Shown here: piece after piece, positions 14,151 through 26,533 of the stretch | Layout of the letters: every line of letters starts with the position of its first letter | How positions within the stretch are numbered: position 1 is the first letter of the stretch | Source of the DNA: Tubulanus polymorphus | Taxonomy: Eukaryota > Animalia > Nemertea | Direction: 5' to 3' | DNA: 64,000 nucleotides | Assembly (NCBI RefSeq): GCF_964204645.1 | Contig: NC_134027.1 | Location: forward strand, 17,384,560-17,448,559 | Made by a program: the position numbers and the translations under genes | Notes under the pieces: generated by a model | Seen by the model: the letters and a program-made list of their open reading frames with translations, nothing else | Database searches by the model: none | What the model was told of the DNA's origin: nothing

Positions 14151-14490
14151 AGTAACAGGGATAATAGGCTTTCAAGCCAAAGGTCGAACGGTCGAGCTCA
14201 TTAAAAAACAAAACATTAAAAGTAATTTAAAACTATAATATATTTTCATAACCGTGTGTATTATAACTAAATATTTATTCTAAGATATTAATAATTTAAA
14301 TTTTAAAAGCATATTGTATTAAATCACAAATTCATATAATCAAATATATTTTAATAATAATTATTCTATTATTCAACTGAAATACACACGGTTATGAAAA
14401 TATATTATAGTTTTAAATTACTTTTAATATTTGTTATTAATGAACTCGACCATTCAACCTTTAACCTGAAAGCCTATTATCCCTATTACT
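14151..14490. mobile_element. 340-bp foldback element with Polinton-like termini
   Basis: ~110-bp inverted arms (14151-14262 / 14381-14490), ends AGTAA...TTACT; no 6-bp TSD. Confidence 0.7.
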
Positions 14491-14588
14491 CTTAAAATAT
14501 TCATGTAAATGAATAACATTTAAATTGACAGATTATTCAATATAAAAGTGTAAGCTCTTATAGAATAGATATATAGATATATAAATAG

Positions 14589-15200
14589 TTATTTTATAAA
14601 TTTATATTCATATGGAAATTGTAGTCTCAGTAATAATTTTGAACCTTTATTATTCTTTAATTTATTCATATATTCATCATGTAATTCAGTAGGTATAATT
14701 TGATTTTCTTCCAATGATTGTTGCATAGATTTTCTATCTTTGTTATAAAATAAAACTAGAAATCTTATATTCTCCCTAAAGTCTTTAACAATTGAATTAT
14801 ATTTTTGATTTAAAACCTATGTTGTTATACCAAAATGTCTCCCAGAGAAAGCTAGATAACATAACTCACTTTCTCTAACTTTTGAATCATGTAAATTAGT
14901 GCAATCATCTACAATGAATAATGTATTTGATCCTTTATAAGTATCAATTGCTATTTTTATACAATTATCTAAATTTTCTTTTACTGTTTTAGGATTTAAT
15001 ATAATAAACTTTTTCATCTTAACTATATCTCTATTATATGTTTTATTCATTTCATAAGTAGGACAGAATAATATTATGTTATCAAAATGATTCTTATAAA
15101 TAGTTTCTAACAAATCTAATATGAAATGTGTTTTACCACAAATGGTTACACCAGTAACTAACATATTATGAGGTTCAAATATAAATAAATCTTTATTCAT
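14589..15200 (-). pseudogene. A32/FtsK-like packaging ATPase (copy C), in-frame stop at 14817
   Basis: Walker A GVTICGKT, Walker B FIVDD, GRH motif; paralog of 41256-41864. Confidence 0.9.
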
Positions 15201-16283
15201 TTATTCTTTTAACTTTACTAGATAAAATCCATTCATTAAATTTATCATCATATCCTTTATATTTCACCAAAGAATACTTTTTTCCTTTAAGAGTTTTTGT
15301 TTTCAATACTTTTTCTATTTTGTATTCTATTTCATCTGGATTTGGTACAAGTGATAATTCTTGTTCATAGAAATAACCTAATATTTCTTCATCTTTTATA
15401 TCTTCTAATTTATAAACAAATGGTTTAGTTAATATTATCTTTTTAATCTTAAATATTTCTTCAGTAAAATTTGGAGTATAACCTTTATAAAATGTTTTTC
15501 TATATTTAGATATTCTTACGTGTTGTCCAATTTTGAATATAGGTTCACCGAAATCATGTGTAACAAATGCTCCATATAAATTATTCCAATCTATTTCTGA
15601 ATTATCTTCTTTTCTAGCTTGTATAGGTTTCATATTTATAGAACTATGTTTAGAATTATTATAACCTTTAACTAAATCATCTAACACATCGATATATTTA
15701 TATGTTTCATTAGCAGTAAAATATTTCCACATTCTAGTTTTCAATGTTTTATTAAATCTTTCTATAATAGATGCTTTTTATCTGAATGTGTTGAAAAATA
15801 ATCTACATCGTTATCAGATAATAGTTTTTTGAAATGTTTGTTATAAAATTCCTTACCTTCATCAAATTGTATCTTATCTGGAATAGCTTCTTTAAATATA
15901 GATTTAAAAGCATTTGTTACTTCTATTCCAGTTTTATTTTTGATTGGAATTGACCATGCGTATCTACTGAATATGTCTATAACATTTAATATCCAGAAAT
16001 ATCCTTTGTTGTATTCCTCTAAGTTCTTCATGTCAATTAAATCTGCTTGCCATTGTTGATCGATATATGAAACCATAACTTTTCTTGTTAAATAAGTTTT
16101 ATCCATTTTCTTGTGGATTTGATATGTTGGTTGATTTTGTAACCATGATTTTAATTCGCTATATTTTATATCACCATTTTCATTATCAGATTTAATTTTA
16201 TTCCATAATTCTGAAACGTTAGAATATGATACTTCACTTTCTGGGTTATAATATAAATCTCTTAAATATTGTTCTTTTTTCAT
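15193..16283 (-). pseudogene. Retroviral-type integrase with C-terminal chromodomain (copy C), frameshift near 15770
   Basis: QWQADLID, IDIFSRYAW, QFDEGKEF, YKIEKVLK..LVKYKGY. Confidence 0.92.
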
Positions 16284-16289
16284 CTTATT

Positions 16290-16661
16290 TTAATCCATTA
16301 ATAATAATTTAGATTTAGTTTCAATGACTTTATGATTTGACTTATTTTCTGGTATGATAGGTTTATTGTCATTGGAATCATTATTGTTATAATCAGATTT
16401 ATACTTATATTCATATATTACACCGGATAATATAATAACTGTTACTAATCCAATTGTAATATATAATTTATAATTACTTCCAGCATTAGAAGAATCAGAT
16501 GGATTATTATTTGAATCAATATCAGATAAAGTCTGTGATTCATTTATATCAGTTAATTTCTTTTTCTTAGCTTTTTTTAATTCTGAAGATCTTTTACCTA
16601 ATTCTCTTGCCCATTTAATTTGTTTCTCTGATCTAGGCTTCTTCTTAACGCTATCACTCAT
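16290..16661 (-). CDS. Polinton-like small basic membrane protein
   Basis: KKPRSEKQIKW basic N-terminus and one TM helix; paralog at 40175-40528. Confidence 0.7.
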   Translation of the reverse strand: MSDSVKKKPRSEKQIKWARELGKRSSELKKAKKKKLTDINESQTLSDIDSNNNPSDSSNAGSNYKLYITIGLVTVIILSGVIYEYKYKSDYNNNDSNDNKPIIPENKSNHKVIETKSKLLLMD

Positions 16662-17256
16662 TTATTTTAGTTAATTTTTGTTCTGATTCATTTTCTGTTT
16701 CGACGTTTGGTTGTAGTACATCTGTTTCATTCTTACCTGATTTACATTCCATAGGCTTGATGTTCGAAAATGTAATGACGCGAGTAGAAATTAATGTCAT
16801 AACCGATCCTAATTGAAATGAAGCATATCCAACCCATTTTTGTAATTCAGTCATAACTAAATAGTCATTTTTCAAATCACTATATAATTTATTTTCATCA
16901 TCAATTGGCATTAACTGGTTACATAACTTAGAATAACATTTGACAATACCATCTGAAATAGAATCATTTATTCTAGCTAATCTTGACTCTTCATAAATCT
17001 TAAAATATTTTATTACTTTATCTGGTTTCATAGCATCTTATTCTTGAAAAGTTATTATTTTTCCCAAGAAATCCTTAGTTTTTCCACCGGCAATCAATAG
17101 TTCTAGATGATGCTTACAATATAAGTAGTATTCATAATCAATATTGTTATTAACTTGAATAGAATTAGAAACAACTGTATCTTTATTATCACTTATACCC
17201 AAATCATCTAATGTCTTTTCAATATCAATACTATTCTTACTCGATTTCTTTGACAT
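16654..17256 (-). pseudogene. Polinton-like conserved hypothetical protein, in-frame stop at 17038
   Basis: Two in-frame ORFs that together match 40476-41066. Confidence 0.8.
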
Positions 17257-18398
17257 TTATATTAGAGAAATTTAATAAGAAAAATATAATAAGTATTCTT
17301 CAAATGATACTAGTATCTCTTTAGATTAATACTAGCTTAGTTAAAGGTAAAGAATTTTAGTATTAGTTATTGTTTTTTTAGTATTTTTTATTTTTGATAT
17401 AAAGTATTCTTTTGAAAAGAAAATATTAAAAAAAACAATAACTAATACTAGCTAGTTGAAGATATGTAATTTTAAATACTTTTTATTTAAATTAGAATTT
17501 AGATTATCTCACTACTATTGTTTATCTATAGGAGCAGTAATTATAACTGTCCAGATAAGTCATTTCGGATTCTTGATAATAAATCCTAAAACTGAAAATA
17601 AATTCAAAGAAACGACTGGTGGAAATACTATTTCATAAACACACATGTATTTTATTCTACAATCATTATCGATTTCCACATTCCAAGCCGCTCCTGAGAG
17701 GAGCGGTAAGTTATGCGTGGAATGCAGGAATCAATAAAGTACAATACAACATCTGTCACTGCGATATTAACAATAGCTGAATATAGAATAATAGAAAATG
17801 CAATTAGGGTAAATATAATGCATTGAAAGCCTATACAGTATGGCTAAACTGCTACAGTCTCATGAGTTGAAATATCCATTATTTCTGATTCCACATCCAT
17901 CTATCTTCACTTTCTTGATTCAATGGTCTGCATTTTGTTATCTAAAAGATAAATATCTAGCGTAGAATAAAACTAACTTGAAGTTGTAGTTGTAAAATAT
18001 TAATTACATCACTTAAACATAGCCATTTGTGACGCATCTTACCAAAATAAGTTTTACATGTTAAACGTTTCCCGGCGCTTAATAACAACAAAAACAGTAC
18101 TTACATTTATAACTGTAAACTCCTAAAATTGTGTTTATAGAGAGAATATCCTATACGTTCCTATGCTTATGTGCTGCGCGTTTATAACTGCCAGTTATTC
18201 ACTAGCTAAACACTGTCTGGTGCAACAGATGTTCCTTCCTTTGTAATATAATTGATTAATCCTTTTCAACTGAAATAGCACATTCGATCAATATTCAAAT
18301 GAGGTACACCCTATTCAACTGATGTTTTTGTAAACAACCTAATACAATTACATACAGGCGGTTTGACATAGATCGAGAGTAACCGGTTTTCTAAGCGT

Positions 18399-19052
18399 TT
18401 AACATTCAACGTATTTTTCATTATGTGTTGAGTTCCATAATTCAACAAATGTCTTTGCTTTATCCAGTTGATCTAAATATAACTGTAAATCTAGTTTGTT
18501 AGATTTAATTATGTTTTCCTTCTTTTCTAAAGGCCTTAAATTTTTCCAGTTCCATATTAGCTTCTTATTATAATCATCACTCATGTCAAATTTAGAAATC
18601 GGCAACACGTGATCAATATGAAAGTATTCACCATAATTATCTATATTCATCTTATCATCGAATTGATATATTATCCATGATTTTAAGAATTCATCTGAAC
18701 AACCCAACAAATTAGATAATGTTTCTGAATGTGTTTCTTTGTTGAATAATTGTGTTAATCTAGATCTTAAGCATTGTTTTAATCTAAAATTAAGATCTGT
18801 TTGATATCTTTCTCTCATATATTCTGCCATATAATAATTATAATGTTCTATATTATCTTCTCGGTATTGTTTGGTATATAGTTTAAAACAAGTTTTACAG
18901 CAATATTGAAAACCATCTTTGCTAATCTTACGCTTACTAAATTCTGTTAAAGCTAATTTATCTAATTCACATTTAGAACACTTCTTGTAATATATATTTA
19001 TGACGCCAGTGTTATTTGAATTATTTATAGTTTGTGGTTGTTCTGGTTCCAT
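18399..19052 (-). CDS. HNH / endonuclease VII-like putative homing endonuclease with N-terminal zinc finger (217 aa)
   Basis: CSKC...CKTC, LLGCS, HIDHVLP, NLRPL, EN..KSNK. Confidence 0.8.
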   Translation of the reverse strand: MEPEQPQTINNSNNTGVINIYYKKCSKCELDKLALTEFSKRKISKDGFQYCCKTCFKLYTKQYREDNIEHYNYYMAEYMRERYQTDLNFRLKQCLRSRLTQLFNKETHSETLSNLLGCSDEFLKSWIIYQFDDKMNIDNYGEYFHIDHVLPISKFDMSDDYNKKLIWNWKNLRPLEKKENIIKSNKLDLQLYLDQLDKAKTFVELWNSTHNEKYVEC

Positions 19053-19124
19053 TTATTATACATATTTTTTTACTAAATTGATTTTAGAAGTTACTCATTT
19101 ATATGTAATTCATGAATACCTATG

Positions 19125-19190
19125 TATTAGATACCCTATTAGATACCCTATTAGATACCCTAATACCTGATACCCTATTAGATACCCTAA
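19125..19190 (+). repeat. 12-bp tandem repeat TATTAGATACCC, about 5 copies
   Basis: Directly visible; the adjacent ~80 bp is duplicated near 19375-19460. Confidence 0.85.
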
Positions 19191-19270
19191 ATACTTAAAA
19201 CCCCCTTTTTAAAAATAAATATTATTTATACAATTTTCAACCAATTTATTTTTATTTTTTCAACTAATAT

Positions 19271-19351
19271 ATGAATAAGTTTGAAAATAATAAAGGTTAT
19301 TTATTATTACTGAGGTTTCAATTTCCATATGAATATCAGTTTATAAAATAA
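19271..19351 (+). pseudogene. 3' remnant of a packaging ATPase gene, inverted relative to copy C
   Basis: MNKFENNKGYLLLLRFQFPYEYQFIK* matches the C-terminus of the 14589-15200 product. Confidence 0.7.
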
Positions 19352-20793
19352 GATATTTTATGTATTAGATTGTATTTAGATACCTTAAATACCTTAAATA
19401 CTTAAAACCCCCTTTTTATTTACCATTATTTTATACAATTTTCAACCAATATTATTATTTGTGTTAAATATAATTAATATCTTAATCACTTTCAATATCA
19501 TACCCTAACAATTTTCTCAAATTCTCTACCGAATCTTCTTCTAATTCTTCATTATTTTTTGACGCCTTATAAAACGTTACCATTATGAAACCTAAACAAT
19601 GCTAACCATTCAGCGTCATTTTACAAACGACAGCCGTAAATCGATGTGCAAAACGTCACAGGTTTATGTGTACACAAACAAGCTATCTGGCAAAATATTA
19701 TTGACATAGATGTAGAATGGCTTCCTGTGATCATATAATGACCTATATTCGAACGTCGAAATGTTATATTGCATTGAATATCATTAGAAGACGTATTGTA
19801 ATAGTAAAGGATGTATGATTATATCAGAAGCGGCAGGCATAAATAGAAATGATAAGTAAATCGGATTATTCGGTTAAATGGCGGATGTATACACGATTTG
19901 GAAGTCTAATATAATAGTCAGACCCTGACGTGGGCATGCCGGTGGAATGACGAAGCTATCTACGATGTGTGTAGGGCAAGCGTGAATTTCATCAGCGGCT
20001 ACAAGCGGTCAATATGAAAATGTGTAAACATATAATTTCAATATTCAAACGTTTTAGAAAATATGTTTGATATTAGGAGTATGCAGGTTTCGTGAGATTA
20101 GCAATTTATAATAGCATAGCTGTCATATACGGCTCCGTGTCCTCTGATGGCATGTATATTAGGTGACAATTCAATTCAATTCTTTATTGATCCTTATTAC
20201 ATTGAAATTTCGGGATAACATTCCCAAATTCAATAAATACAAATTTTAAAATAAATTAATACAACATACATGACACACGGGTAATTCATACAGAACAACA
20301 TAAGCATGTTATTTTAAATGACAATGTCTACTTCAACCCACCCAGACTCAAGACTCTAGGATATCGAGTGACAGCCAAACCCGTGGCCCGGGCCGGCTGG
20401 CTAGGCCACACGATATGCTCGAAGTCATGATGAAGCAGACATCAGAAGAGCTCGTTCTTCAACCATGGAGGCAATGAAGTTGCAGACCAGCTTAGAGGCA
20501 TAAGTAAATGAAGTCGGTCGCAAGTTCGCGATCAATTATTGAGAATTTTCAATAAAAAAATTTAAACCACTACTAGAGTCGAAGACCTGTATCATCTACC
20601 CAATCGCCAAATCTCATCATTCCCCAAATTTCTTAAAACTTCGATTTCAAATTTGCAATTCCACATTAGCTTAGCCCAGAAATTATACATTTTTTCCCCA
20701 GGCGTCAAATAATTTTCTAAAATTAATTTTCTTGTTAAACTTATTCTTCACCCTTTTTACCGAATCTTCTTCAAATTCTTCATTATTTTTATA

Positions 20794-21364
20794 CTAATTA
20801 TTCACCCTTTTTACCGCATCATCAATAGTTACTACTTTATGTTTCATAGAATCTTTATTATCAATATGCTTATCTGTAACTATATCACCATGTGGGTGCC
20901 GTATGGCACCATTTTCATTATCATCTTTATTAGTGTTTTCTCCTAATATTTCATTTACAGTGTTTGATCCTAATATTTTATTAGTATCGGTTAAATCTAA
21001 TTCAACTTTATTAGGTGTTGCTAATAAAAAAATCTTCATATAATTCTTTACCATTTACTTTTTTATTTGAAACAAATTTTGTAACATATCTAAATGGGTG
21101 TTCTATAAATTCTCTTAAACCAACACGTTCTATAACATTAGTAATATGTGAATTTGTATTCATATGTTTATTCCAATTTGATAGAGCGTTTGAAAATTCG
21201 CCTTTACAATAATCACAATAATTTCTATTTTCACTAACATTTAATATTATTGTATTATTATATGTAGAAGGTATTACATTATTAGATGTAGAAGGTATTA
21301 CATTATTAGATGTAGTAGGTATTACATTATTAGATGTAGTAGGTATTACATGTTTATAACACAA
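20794..21364 (-). pseudogene. Zinc-finger protein remnant with 24-bp coding repeat (NNVIPTTS-like x4)
   Basis: CDYC...H..SH motif; tandem repeat at ~21245-21352; frameshift near 21030. Confidence 0.55.
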
Positions 21365-21397
21365 AATATAATAAGTTAACTAAATCGAAACCAATAG

Positions 21398-21630
21398 ATG
21401 AAAATAATGTATCATATTATAAAGAACCAGATATTGAAGCATCAAGTTATATTAAACTACCATTTAAAACTAATGCTGTAATAAATGTACAAAATGAAGA
21501 TGATAAATGTTTTCTATGGGCTATAATAAGTTGTTTACACCCAGTTGAAGATTATAAACAACATAGTTTTAGATTAACTCATTATAAACCATTTGAAAAT
21601 AATTATAAGATAGATAAGTATCCTGTAGAA
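21398..21630 (+). pseudogene. pPolB N-terminal fragment (copy B)
   Basis: DIEASSYIKLPFKTNAVINVQNEDDKCFLWAIISCLHP matches the PolB at 53890-54000. Confidence 0.85.
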
Positions 21631-21941
21631 ACGTAGATGGTAATTCAAATATAATACCTTTTACACACTTTTATATTTATTGCAATTTAATCGAGCCTAC
21701 AAAAACTTTCGAAGCAACTAAAGAAACAATTTGTAATTCTAGTATATTAAATATTTTACCGCTAAAAAATGTTAAACAATTTGGAACTCAAATAAATTAT
21801 AATTTAACAGAATGTGATTTTAAACCTTGCATTCCTAAATTTAATAATTTTAAATTAGAAATAAGAAATCACAATGAATATTTAATTGATTTGAATAACT
21901 TTCCTGTAATTTATGAATTAGTTATAAGATGTAAAGAGTAA
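21631..21941 (+). pseudogene. 3' fragment of minor capsid (penton) gene (copy B)
   Basis: Matches the C-terminal part of 47659-48423 (FTHFYIYCNLI...ELVIRCKE*). Confidence 0.85.
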
Positions 21942-21957
21942 TTTTTTCACTATATAA

Positions 21958-22314
21958 ATGAATATAACTGTTGGGCCGAGTATATGTTTTGGGTTTGATT
22001 TTAAACATGAGAAAGAAATGAAATTTATCGTTAATGATGTAATTACACATATCAAAAATATTGCATTTTCTAATGAAACAACATTTGAGTATGAAAAAAC
22101 AATAAATAAAGAAACTTTAAATGTAGAAAAGATTACTAATTTAATTAGAGAATCTTTAAGATTTTATGAATTAGATGAAGATTTTATTATAGATGATATT
22201 AAAAAAATAATAATTGAAATATATACAAATGAAACTAGTAATGAAATAAATGTTGAATTAATCATAAATAAGATAACTAAATATTTTGATGATAGTAATT
22301 TTTTTGATAAATAA
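21958..22314 (+). CDS. Polinton-like hypothetical protein (118 aa)
   Basis: Intact; near-identical paralog at 47288-47641. Confidence 0.8.
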   Translation: MNITVGPSICFGFDFKHEKEMKFIVNDVITHIKNIAFSNETTFEYEKTINKETLNVEKITNLIRESLRFYELDEDFIIDDIKKIIIEIYTNETSNEINVELIINKITKYFDDSNFFDK

Positions 22315-22986
22315 ATGAGTGACAATAAGTGGATAATAACTGGATTATATAATGGCGCATTACTATCAGTTGGAACTGTTGGTTATTCAATGGTATTAAA
22401 AAAAGTATTCAAAATGGGAAGTGTTAATGTTGATAGATTTGATATAAATGATATTCTAAAATTAACATTAGCAGTTACTTTATCTAATTTAACTATTGAT
22501 TATTTGGAAAAAAAAAATATATTCCTCCCATATAAATACATAATTATTTTACTAAATAAATGGCTTCTACAGTTATAACTATTATAGGATCGGCAATTGT
22601 TAACGCTTTAGCATTTACTGGTGGTGGATATTTATTTAAACATATTGATAAAAATAGATCATTAACAGAACAAAAAAGACATAACTTAGCATTAGAGAAA
22701 TATAATAAAGCAGCAGAAGAATATAGAGAGAAAAGACAAAACTATATGGATTACATCAATAAAGAATTATATGATCAGAAGATTTCACATAGAGATTTTC
22801 AATCAGTTGATGATGCAATGAGTTTATATAACGCAGTAACAAATAAAGAAAAATTACATCTATACAAACCTAAATTATCATATAGATTATTATACCCCAA
22901 GTAATGAACAGAAGAAATATGAAATAATATGGATTTTAGGCGGAACAGTTATTGTTATATTTGTGGCGTATAAGTTTACTAATTAA
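22315..22986 (+). pseudogene. Two small membrane-protein genes (22315-~22540; 22560-22986), each frameshifted
   Basis: Paralogs of intact 47063-47284 and 46616-47038. Confidence 0.8.
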
Positions 22987-23005
22987 TAATTTTTTTGCTA
23001 AATAA

Positions 23006-23440
23006 ATGGAAGATAAAGTTGATAATATTGATATTATTCCTCATGATATAAATAAAACTAAATTAAAAACATATTTAGAAAAACAAATATTAGAATTTGA
23101 AAGTGACTTAAAAGTTAAAAAGAAAAAATATTTAAAATCTAAAATTATATATTATCTTATTATTAGTGGTTCGGTTACAATTATTTCTGTAATAACATTT
23201 TTAGCAATATTCAGTCCATTAACACCTTTAGCTATATCAATTGGCGTGGTAGGATTATCATCAAGTGTTTTAACTGGTATAAGTTCAAAATTAAATATAA
23301 AAAGTAATAAAGAAAAAATTAAAACTAATATAAAAGAAATTAATAAATTAAAGAATACACTAGATTATATAATAAGTTTAAATGGTCATATAACAGTTGA
23401 AGAACAAGATAAATTATTAAAAGAATTAGTTAAGTATTAA
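23006..23440 (+). CDS. Two-TM coiled-coil membrane protein (144 aa)
   Basis: Two hydrophobic helices between coiled-coil segments; paralogs in copies A and D. Confidence 0.8.
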   Translation: MEDKVDNIDIIPHDINKTKLKTYLEKQILEFESDLKVKKKKYLKSKIIYYLIISGSVTIISVITFLAIFSPLTPLAISIGVVGLSSSVLTGISSKLNIKSNKEKIKTNIKEINKLKNTLDYIISLNGHITVEEQDKLLKELVKY

Positions 23441-23456
23441 TTTTTTAGTTATATAA

Positions 23457-24763
23457 ATGGCAGATAGTTTTCCAAAAGCTTTCCAATAAAATATAATATT
23501 CCAGCAATAGATTTTGATAAAAATATTACATATAGAAATGAAGTTTTAAATTCATTAATTGATTTATATATTCATGTTACTGAAAGTAATAATTTACATG
23601 TAAAGATGGAAAATATATTTCATGTGTATACAATTAATTTTAAAAATTTAAATGAGGCAAAACAATGGTTATTAAAATCTAATATGAAGTATTGGCAGAA
23701 CCAATTAAATTTTGCTGTTTATTGCGCAACAACAGGTTGTGGAATTAGTTGGAATGATCATTTAAACAAACCAAGTTTACCATTGATGTTATCACTTTTT
23801 AGATTTCATACTTATTTTCAAATAAAATTAATATTAGATAAATTAGAATGTCATTTACCAGGTTCAAAATATTTTAAAGAATTGAATAATAATATTGATT
23901 TTTCTAAGTTTTATAAGATATGTAATGAATTTAATATTAATTCAAATAAAGATTTTAGAGCAAACATTGGAACAGTGGGTGGATTAGGAATATTATATAC
24001 TAAAGAATTTGGAAAAATAATGACAAATTCAGATATAAGAACACTAAATTGGAATGAATTACCAAAATATTATAATAATATACAACAACAAAACAATAAT
24101 GGTTGGGTTAATTTCTTTTTAGAAAATAGTGAAGGTTTTACTAAAGCTGGAATACAAAGAATAAATCAATCTATTAGAACTTATTTGATATGTATTTTAG
24201 GTGCGCAAGTTGAAACAAGATCCCCAATAATTGGAAATGATAACACTTCATTCGATGCGCAGAAACAATTCAAAGTATTATTTGAAGATTCCATTCATAA
24301 TGATAAAATTAGATCGATTCCAGAAAACATTGTAAGATATCAAAATTATTTAGATAAATCACATATTAGATTAAATTATTGTATAGGCCCTAATCTATTT
24401 ATTATTTCTAATGATTTAGTATTAAAGATGGGAAATATAATTGGTTATAATAATCTAATTAAAACTGCAACAATAAATAATTCATTTGGATTGAATGATA
24501 TAAATAAAAAGATAATTACTGCTCCAAAATTAATGGAAGGTGAAAAAAATAAAAAACACATTCAATCAACAGAAACTAAAACTAATAATATTAAATTAAA
24601 TAATGATTCTAAAATAAAAGATTACAATACATCAGAAAATATTAGAACCGATAATATTCAACATGATATAATTAAACTAAATGATGATAATAAATCCCAT
24701 GAAAATGCTAAATTAGCTTTAACTTGTATAGGAATTGTAATCGGAGGAATATTATATTTTTAA
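23457..24763 (+). pseudogene. Conserved Polinton-like protein with C-terminal TM anchor (probable start 23457, lesion near 23487)
   Basis: MKYWQNQLNFAVYCATTGCG shared with 45828-46145; TAAATG at 23454; C-terminal LALTCIGIVIGGILYF. Confidence 0.75.
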
Positions 24764-24785
24764 TTTTAATTTTTTTATTATGTAA

Positions 24786-26513
24786 ATGGCAGAAGGTGGA
24801 GAAGATATTGGAATTGATACTTTTGGTGACGCTCCCGGTATAAGTGATGAACAACCACCTAATTTTGATGAAACAAGTTTTAGTAACGATAATAAAATAG
24901 AATATAATTCTAATTTAGGTGAAGATGATGATTATGATGATGATGATGATGATGATGATGATCCCGAATTACGTGAAAAATTAAATAAATATTTAAAAGC
25001 TCCTGAAATTGGTAGAATTACAACTAGAAGAGAAAGAAAAGAATTAATGAATCTATTAGAAAAACAACAAGAAAAATATCCTGATAAACCTATGGAATTA
25101 TATAAAATGAAATCTAGAGTAACAGATACAATTGTTAACGAATTATTACCAATAGTTGTAATACATGAAATTGATACAGAAGGTGTTGTAGAACAAATTT
25201 TAAAAGATGACCCATTTTTCATGAATAATTTAGAATTTAAAAATGATACATGGTATTATAATCTTGATTTAAATAGGAATATTGTAACAATTCAATTATC
25301 TAGAAAGGGTCAAGAAAATATTTTTGAACCTGAAATGTTAGCAAGATCTACAATTGAACGTTCAAAAGGTGGCACAGAATTTCTCAGAATTATATGGAAT
25401 GCACTCGAAAGAATAAATAAAGAAAAACCAATTCCTAATATTGATATAAACAAATATTCACCATTTAAAAATCCATTTAAAAATCCAAATCCTACTGATG
25501 TTGATCCAGAAACTGATGAAGATTTTGCAAATCGATTAGATATATTAAGATCTTACACACCCGAAACATCGAGAAGAGATATTCAACAAATTGATAATTA
25601 TTCAAGTCAATTACAATTAGAAAAACAAATTGATAGATTAAGAGATTCAGAAAAAGAGATGAATAGTGCTGGAATAAAAAAAATGCAATCTATACTAAAA
25701 AAAGGATTTCGTAAATTAACTGATGAAGAATTAGAAACATTTCCTGAACAAACACGTAGAGAAATTAAAGGTATACAAGAATCAGCTGATGTAAATGCTA
25801 ATATTAATATGAGTTTTTCTAAAATAACCATGTTAGAAAAAGAATTAGCTAAAGCAGATGAAAAATTAAAACAATTAGAATTAAATAGAGATCATCAAGT
25901 AGTTTATGAAGCTGATTTTGAAAGCAGAAAGTTAGCTTTAGTAAAAGAAATAGATGATTTAGAATATAACAAAGAATTACAGGAAAAAGAAAGAGATATA
26001 TTATTTAAATCATATGATCTTAATCATATTAAAAAATTAAAAGATATTTTTAAAGATATGTTGATAAAACCAAATTCTGAAATATCATTAAAAGATAGAA
26101 TAAAATTATTATCTAAATTAGAAGGAATAACAATTCTTTCAATTCTAACAGCTGTAACTATGGTATTTACAACAATTGGTTTAGCAATATCAAATGCTTT
26201 AAAATCTACTCCTACTCCCAATAAACCAGATAAACCCCCAGATAATAATTCTATACAAGATAAAGTTAAAGATGGTTTAAAGAAATTAGCAAAATATTTA
26301 TGGGAACTATCTAAAAAATCTGTGGCAGCTTTACCAGGAATTATCGCATCAATTGTTGGTTTTATATTGAAATCTGCTGGGAATATTCTTAACTTTGCTG
26401 CTGAACATATTATTTTATTTTTAATTACAGTTGTAAGTGCTATTATTTTTGGGTTAGTGAATATGATATCAAGATATCAAGATATCAAGAAAAAAATAAT
26501 AAAAAATAAATAA
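24786..26513 (+). CDS. Large coiled-coil membrane protein (575 aa) with poly-Asp tract
   Basis: Intact ORF; (GAT)n at ~24925-24962; C-terminal hydrophobic helices; paralog 44290-45717. Confidence 0.8.
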   Translation: MAEGGEDIGIDTFGDAPGISDEQPPNFDETSFSNDNKIEYNSNLGEDDDYDDDDDDDDDPELREKLNKYLKAPEIGRITTRRERKELMNLLEKQQEKYPDKPMELYKMKSRVTDTIVNELLPIVVIHEIDTEGVVEQILKDDPFFMNNLEFKNDTWYYNLDLNRNIVTIQLSRKGQENIFEPEMLARSTIERSKGGTEFLRIIWNALERINKEKPIPNIDINKYSPFKNPFKNPNPTDVDPETDEDFANRLDILRSYTPETSRRDIQQIDNYSSQLQLEKQIDRLRDSEKEMNSAGIKKMQSILKKGFRKLTDEELETFPEQTRREIKGIQESADVNANINMSFSKITMLEKELAKADEKLKQLELNRDHQVVYEADFESRKLALVKEIDDLEYNKELQEKERDILFKSYDLNHIKKLKDIFKDMLIKPNSEISLKDRIKLLSKLEGITILSILTAVTMVFTTIGLAISNALKSTPTPNKPDKPPDNNSIQDKVKDGLKKLAKYLWELSKKSVAALPGIIASIVGFILKSAGNILNFAAEHIILFLITVVSAIIFGLVNMISRYQDIKKKIIKNK

Positions 26514-26533
26514 TTAATTTTTTTGTTAAATAA

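Noticed and set aside
14466-14490. I-SceI-like site (TAGGGATAA on the minus strand)
   Set aside because: Only a partial match to the 18-bp site; explained as a TIR end
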